A DNA stretch of 64,000 nt from Antedon mediterranea. Taxonomy: Eukaryota; Animalia; Echinodermata. The translations under genes were made by a program, and so were the position numbers. A model generated the notes under the pieces. It worked only from the letters and a program-made list of their open reading frames with translations. It made no database searches and was not told the DNA's origin. The DNA is taken from assembly GCF_964355755.1 (NCBI RefSeq), contig NC_092679.1, positions 1,022,201 to 1,086,200 on the forward strand, in the 5' to 3' direction. Below, piece after piece: positions 63,201 to 64,000 of this stretch; within the stretch, counting starts at the first letter, position 1, and each line of letters begins with the position of its first letter.

Positions 63201-63612
63201 AAACTCGATGTACAAACACTTTTGCCAGACAAGAACAGAAAGAAGAAATACGAATGCTCCAACAGCTACACAGAGATGTTAGAAACAATCATTGATTTTG
63301 ATGATTATGACAATAATTTAATAATAATTTTTATATGAATGAATCTATTAACTGAAAATACGCAAAACTGAAATTTTGCACAATAAAACTTGGTGCTTGT
63401 TGGCTGACAACAAGTATTTGTGTCATTTATATTTTTTATATTTACCTTTTTTCACAAAGTTTGGTCTTGGTTCATACTTAGATATGATATCATGCGCATA
63501 CTCTGAATCACAATATGGATATAGAATCTCATTCAGCCTCGGATCTCGTTGCTCTTTGTTGAAAAAATCCTTCACTTGTTCCGTTGTTAGATAAGGCTTA
63601 GCTTTTGCACCC
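42021..63612 (-). CDS. PLCB1: Phospholipase C beta-1/2/3 (Plc21C)-class gene (multi-exon, 5' end beyond right edge)
   Basis: 27 phase-consistent exons: EF (GAKAKPYLT...[12 protein letters not shown], cf. human PLCB1 GAKSKPYLT), X box ([25 protein letters not shown]), long linker, Y box, C2, ALENPI Gq-binding motif, coiled-coil CTD, DTKL stop. Co-orthologous to vertebrate PLCB1/2/3, so the symbol is approximate. Confidence 0.92.
42518..42604 (-). CDS. PLCB1: PLCB1-like distal CTD exon
   Basis: [29 protein letters not shown]. Confidence 0.85.
42878..43040 (-). CDS. PLCB1: PLCB1-like distal CTD exon
   Basis: (K)[19 protein letters not shown]...KDAVQKVRN|gtaagc. Confidence 0.87.
43315..43490 (-). 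CDS. PLCB1: PLCB1-like distal CTD exon
   Basis: [14 protein letters not shown]...[14 protein letters not shown](K)|gtaagg. Confidence 0.87.
43626..43686 (-). CDS. PLCB1: PLCB1-like distal CTD exon
   Basis: (S)[20 protein letters not shown]|gtatgt. Confidence 0.85.
44189..44373 (-). CDS. PLCB1: PLCB1-like distal CTD exon
   Basis: [23 protein letters not shown]...KERKRKT(S); coiled coil. Confidence 0.88.
44495..44541 (-). CDS. PLCB1: PLCB1-like distal CTD start exon
   Basis: (A)[15 protein letters not shown], resembles PLCB1 QTIEELKQQK. Confidence 0.82.
45682..45804 (-). CDS. PLCB1: PLCB1-like CTD-linker exon (phase 1-1)
   Basis: cag|(G)[20 protein letters not shown]...[13 protein letters not shown]|gtatct; open 123 nt. 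Confidence 0.7.
46407..48494. mobile_element. Tc1/mariner-like MITE whose interior is a 2-kb 17/51-bp satellite
   Basis: TA-CAGTAGAAC...GTTCTACTG-TA termini enclosing an AATAGGGGTGTCCCTTT array. Confidence 0.85.
49707..49968 (-). CDS. PLCB1: PLCB1-like CTD-linker exon
   Basis: [16 protein letters not shown]...SSSNIT|gtaggt. Confidence 0.82.
50340..50539 (-). CDS. PLCB1: PLCB1-like C2 end / proximal CTD exon
   Basis: (G)[14 protein letters not shown]...ALENPIAYQ...[11 protein letters not shown]. Confidence 0.93.
51145..51244 (-). CDS. PLCB1: PLCB1-like C2 exon
   Basis: [33 protein letters not shown]. Confidence 0.94.
51267..52000. repeat. About 80-bp minisatellite, about 9 copies, filling an intron
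   Basis: ATTGACCATT recurs at 51271, 51352, 51432, 51512, 51592... Confidence 0.95.
52042..52206 (-). CDS. PLCB1: PLCB1-like C2 exon
   Basis: [27 protein letters not shown]...FSVEK. Confidence 0.94.
52561..52715 (-). CDS. PLCB1: PLCB1-like Y box end exon
   Basis: (D)[22 protein letters not shown]...STVQIK. Confidence 0.94.
53035..53086 (-). CDS. PLCB1: PLCB1-like Y box exon
   Basis: [17 protein letters not shown]. Confidence 0.94.
53146..53283. repeat. Short tandem repeat of GGTAGTGGTGTAGGCCTACTACT units
   Basis: About 5 units with a palindromic GTAGGCCTAC core. Confidence 0.85.
53677..53749 (-). CDS. PLCB1: PLCB1-like Y box exon
   Basis: (N)[24 protein letters not shown]. Confidence 0.95.
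53750..54130 (-). other. U12-type (minor spliceosome) GT-AG intron
   Basis: 5' end GTATCCTTT; branch ACCTTAAC followed by 10 nt ending in AG. Confidence 0.9.
54131..54215 (-). CDS. PLCB1: PLCB1-like Y box exon
   Basis: (K)[27 protein letters not shown](N); same 85-nt length as the paralogous exon. Confidence 0.92.
54555..54737 (-). CDS. PLCB1: PLCB1-like linker end / Y box start exon
   Basis: acidic [10 protein letters not shown]...[30 protein letters not shown]. Confidence 0.93.
54852..54953 (-). CDS. PLCB1: PLCB1-like X-Y linker exon (phase 1-1)
   Basis: (G)[33 protein letters not shown]. Confidence 0.78.
55402..55570. mobile_element. Small TIR element
   Basis: AGGGAGCTTTTGATTTG ... CAAATCAAAAGCTCTCT inverted termini. 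Confidence 0.55.
56425..56676. repeat. 21-bp quasi-palindromic repeat (TTATAACTTAGTTATAAGTTG)
   Basis: Tandem units decaying to the right. Confidence 0.88.
57574..57636 (-). CDS. PLCB1: PLCB1-like X-Y linker exon (phase 1-1)
   Basis: tag|(V)[20 protein letters not shown]|gtaaac; GC-rich patch in AT-rich intron. Confidence 0.7.
58224..58458. repeat. 21-bp minisatellite (AAACTATTACCATCCATTTTT), about 11 copies
   Basis: Tandem array; spurious MDGNSLK ORF. Confidence 0.95.
58765..58845 (-). CDS. PLCB1: PLCB1-like X-Y linker exon (phase 1-1)
   Basis: tag|(G)[26 protein letters not shown]|gtagtt. Confidence 0.72.
59280..59336 (-). CDS. PLCB1: PLCB1-like X-Y linker exon (phase 1-1)
   Basis: tttcctttcaacag|(D)[18 protein letters not shown]|gtaaaa. 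Confidence 0.72.
59439..59686. repeat. 25-bp minisatellite (ATTTAATAGATGCCCATACAGGACC), about 10 copies
   Basis: Perfect tandem array abutting a TIR element. Confidence 0.95.
59683..59812. mobile_element. Small TIR element with 5-bp direct flanks
   Basis: CCATA-CAGGGCCGTAGCCAC...GTGGCTACAGCACTG-CCATA. Confidence 0.6.
60397..60531 (-). CDS. PLCB1: PLCB1-like X-Y linker exon (phase 1-1, GC donor)
   Basis: tag|(G)[44 protein letters not shown]|gcaagc. Confidence 0.72.
60934..61026. mobile_element. 93-bp TA-flanked MITE
   Basis: TA-CCATAGACATACTATAA...TTATAGTATGTCTATGG-TA, perfect 17-bp TIR. Confidence 0.75.
61056..61164 (-). CDS. PLCB1: PLCB1-like X box end exon
   Basis: [25 protein letters not shown]...RKSS|gtaggc. 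Confidence 0.92.
61339..61503 (-). CDS. PLCB1: PLCB1-like X box exon
   Basis: [27 protein letters not shown]...PLDDFP. Confidence 0.95.
61583..62180. repeat. 47-bp minisatellite, about 12 copies
   Basis: AAACCATACCTAAACACAACTTTACCAGCAACAACCATTACCAACAT tandem array. Confidence 0.95.
62253..62410 (-). CDS. PLCB1: PLCB1-like X box exon
   Basis: (G)[30 protein letters not shown]...[13 protein letters not shown]. Confidence 0.96.
62749..62895 (-). CDS. PLCB1: PLCB1-like EF end / X box start exon
   Basis: (G)[16 protein letters not shown]...[20 protein letters not shown]. Confidence 0.96.
63446..63612 (-). CDS. PLCB1: PLCB1-like EF-hand exon
   Basis: [33 protein letters not shown]...FVKK. Confidence 0.95.
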
Positions 63613-64000
63613 CTATATAAAAAAGTATTTGTAAAAATGTTTATTATTTCTTATTAATACTATGAAATACAAACAATGTTCAGTGGTTATGTAACAATTA
63701 GGGAAGTAGTTGTAAGTCAATAACTTTCATTTTGTAGCAAACTTGGGGAATTTATAATGACATCATATACCAATTTCACATTACCAATATCATTATTATA
63801 ATGAATATATGATTCAAATACTGGTCTTCCAAAGGGCCCAGTTGTGATCAGTGGATGTGTGTGTACTAGTACACCAGGCTAACCGCCTACTCGTCTCGAA
63901 AGATGTACTAGGTTCTTTATGAGTTTGGACAGTATACATAAAAATGATGTAAACATTGTGAATAGGGCTGCAGGCAGAAGCTTGAGACGTGAAAACTCCT

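Overview
AT-rich, intron-rich animal genomic DNA, probably a marine invertebrate (an echinoderm-like deuterostome is plausible but cannot be established from the window). It holds two phosphoinositide phospholipase C-beta genes head-to-tail on the minus strand. The upstream gene is PLCB1/2/3 (Plc21C)-class: it enters from beyond 64000 and ends at a stop at 42021 with a C-terminal DTKL. The downstream gene is PLCB4/norpA-class: candidate first exon near 37.6-37.9 kb, ATG at 30763, running off the left edge. I reconstructed 24 + 27 frame-consistent coding exons by hand. Both genes keep the catalytic residues and share a U12-type (minor spliceosome) intron at the same codon. Their X-Y linkers are built from symmetric phase-1 exons, including candidate microexons and a GC donor. 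Introns contain a high-copy Harbinger-like MITE, Tc1/mariner-like MITEs (one expanded into a 2-kb hierarchical satellite, one holding an inverted copy of neighbouring DNA), tRNA-derived SINEs, LINE remnants and more than 10 unrelated minisatellites. There are no prokaryotic systems, CRISPR arrays, rRNA or intact tRNA genes. Family names are from recall of conserved motifs, not database searches.
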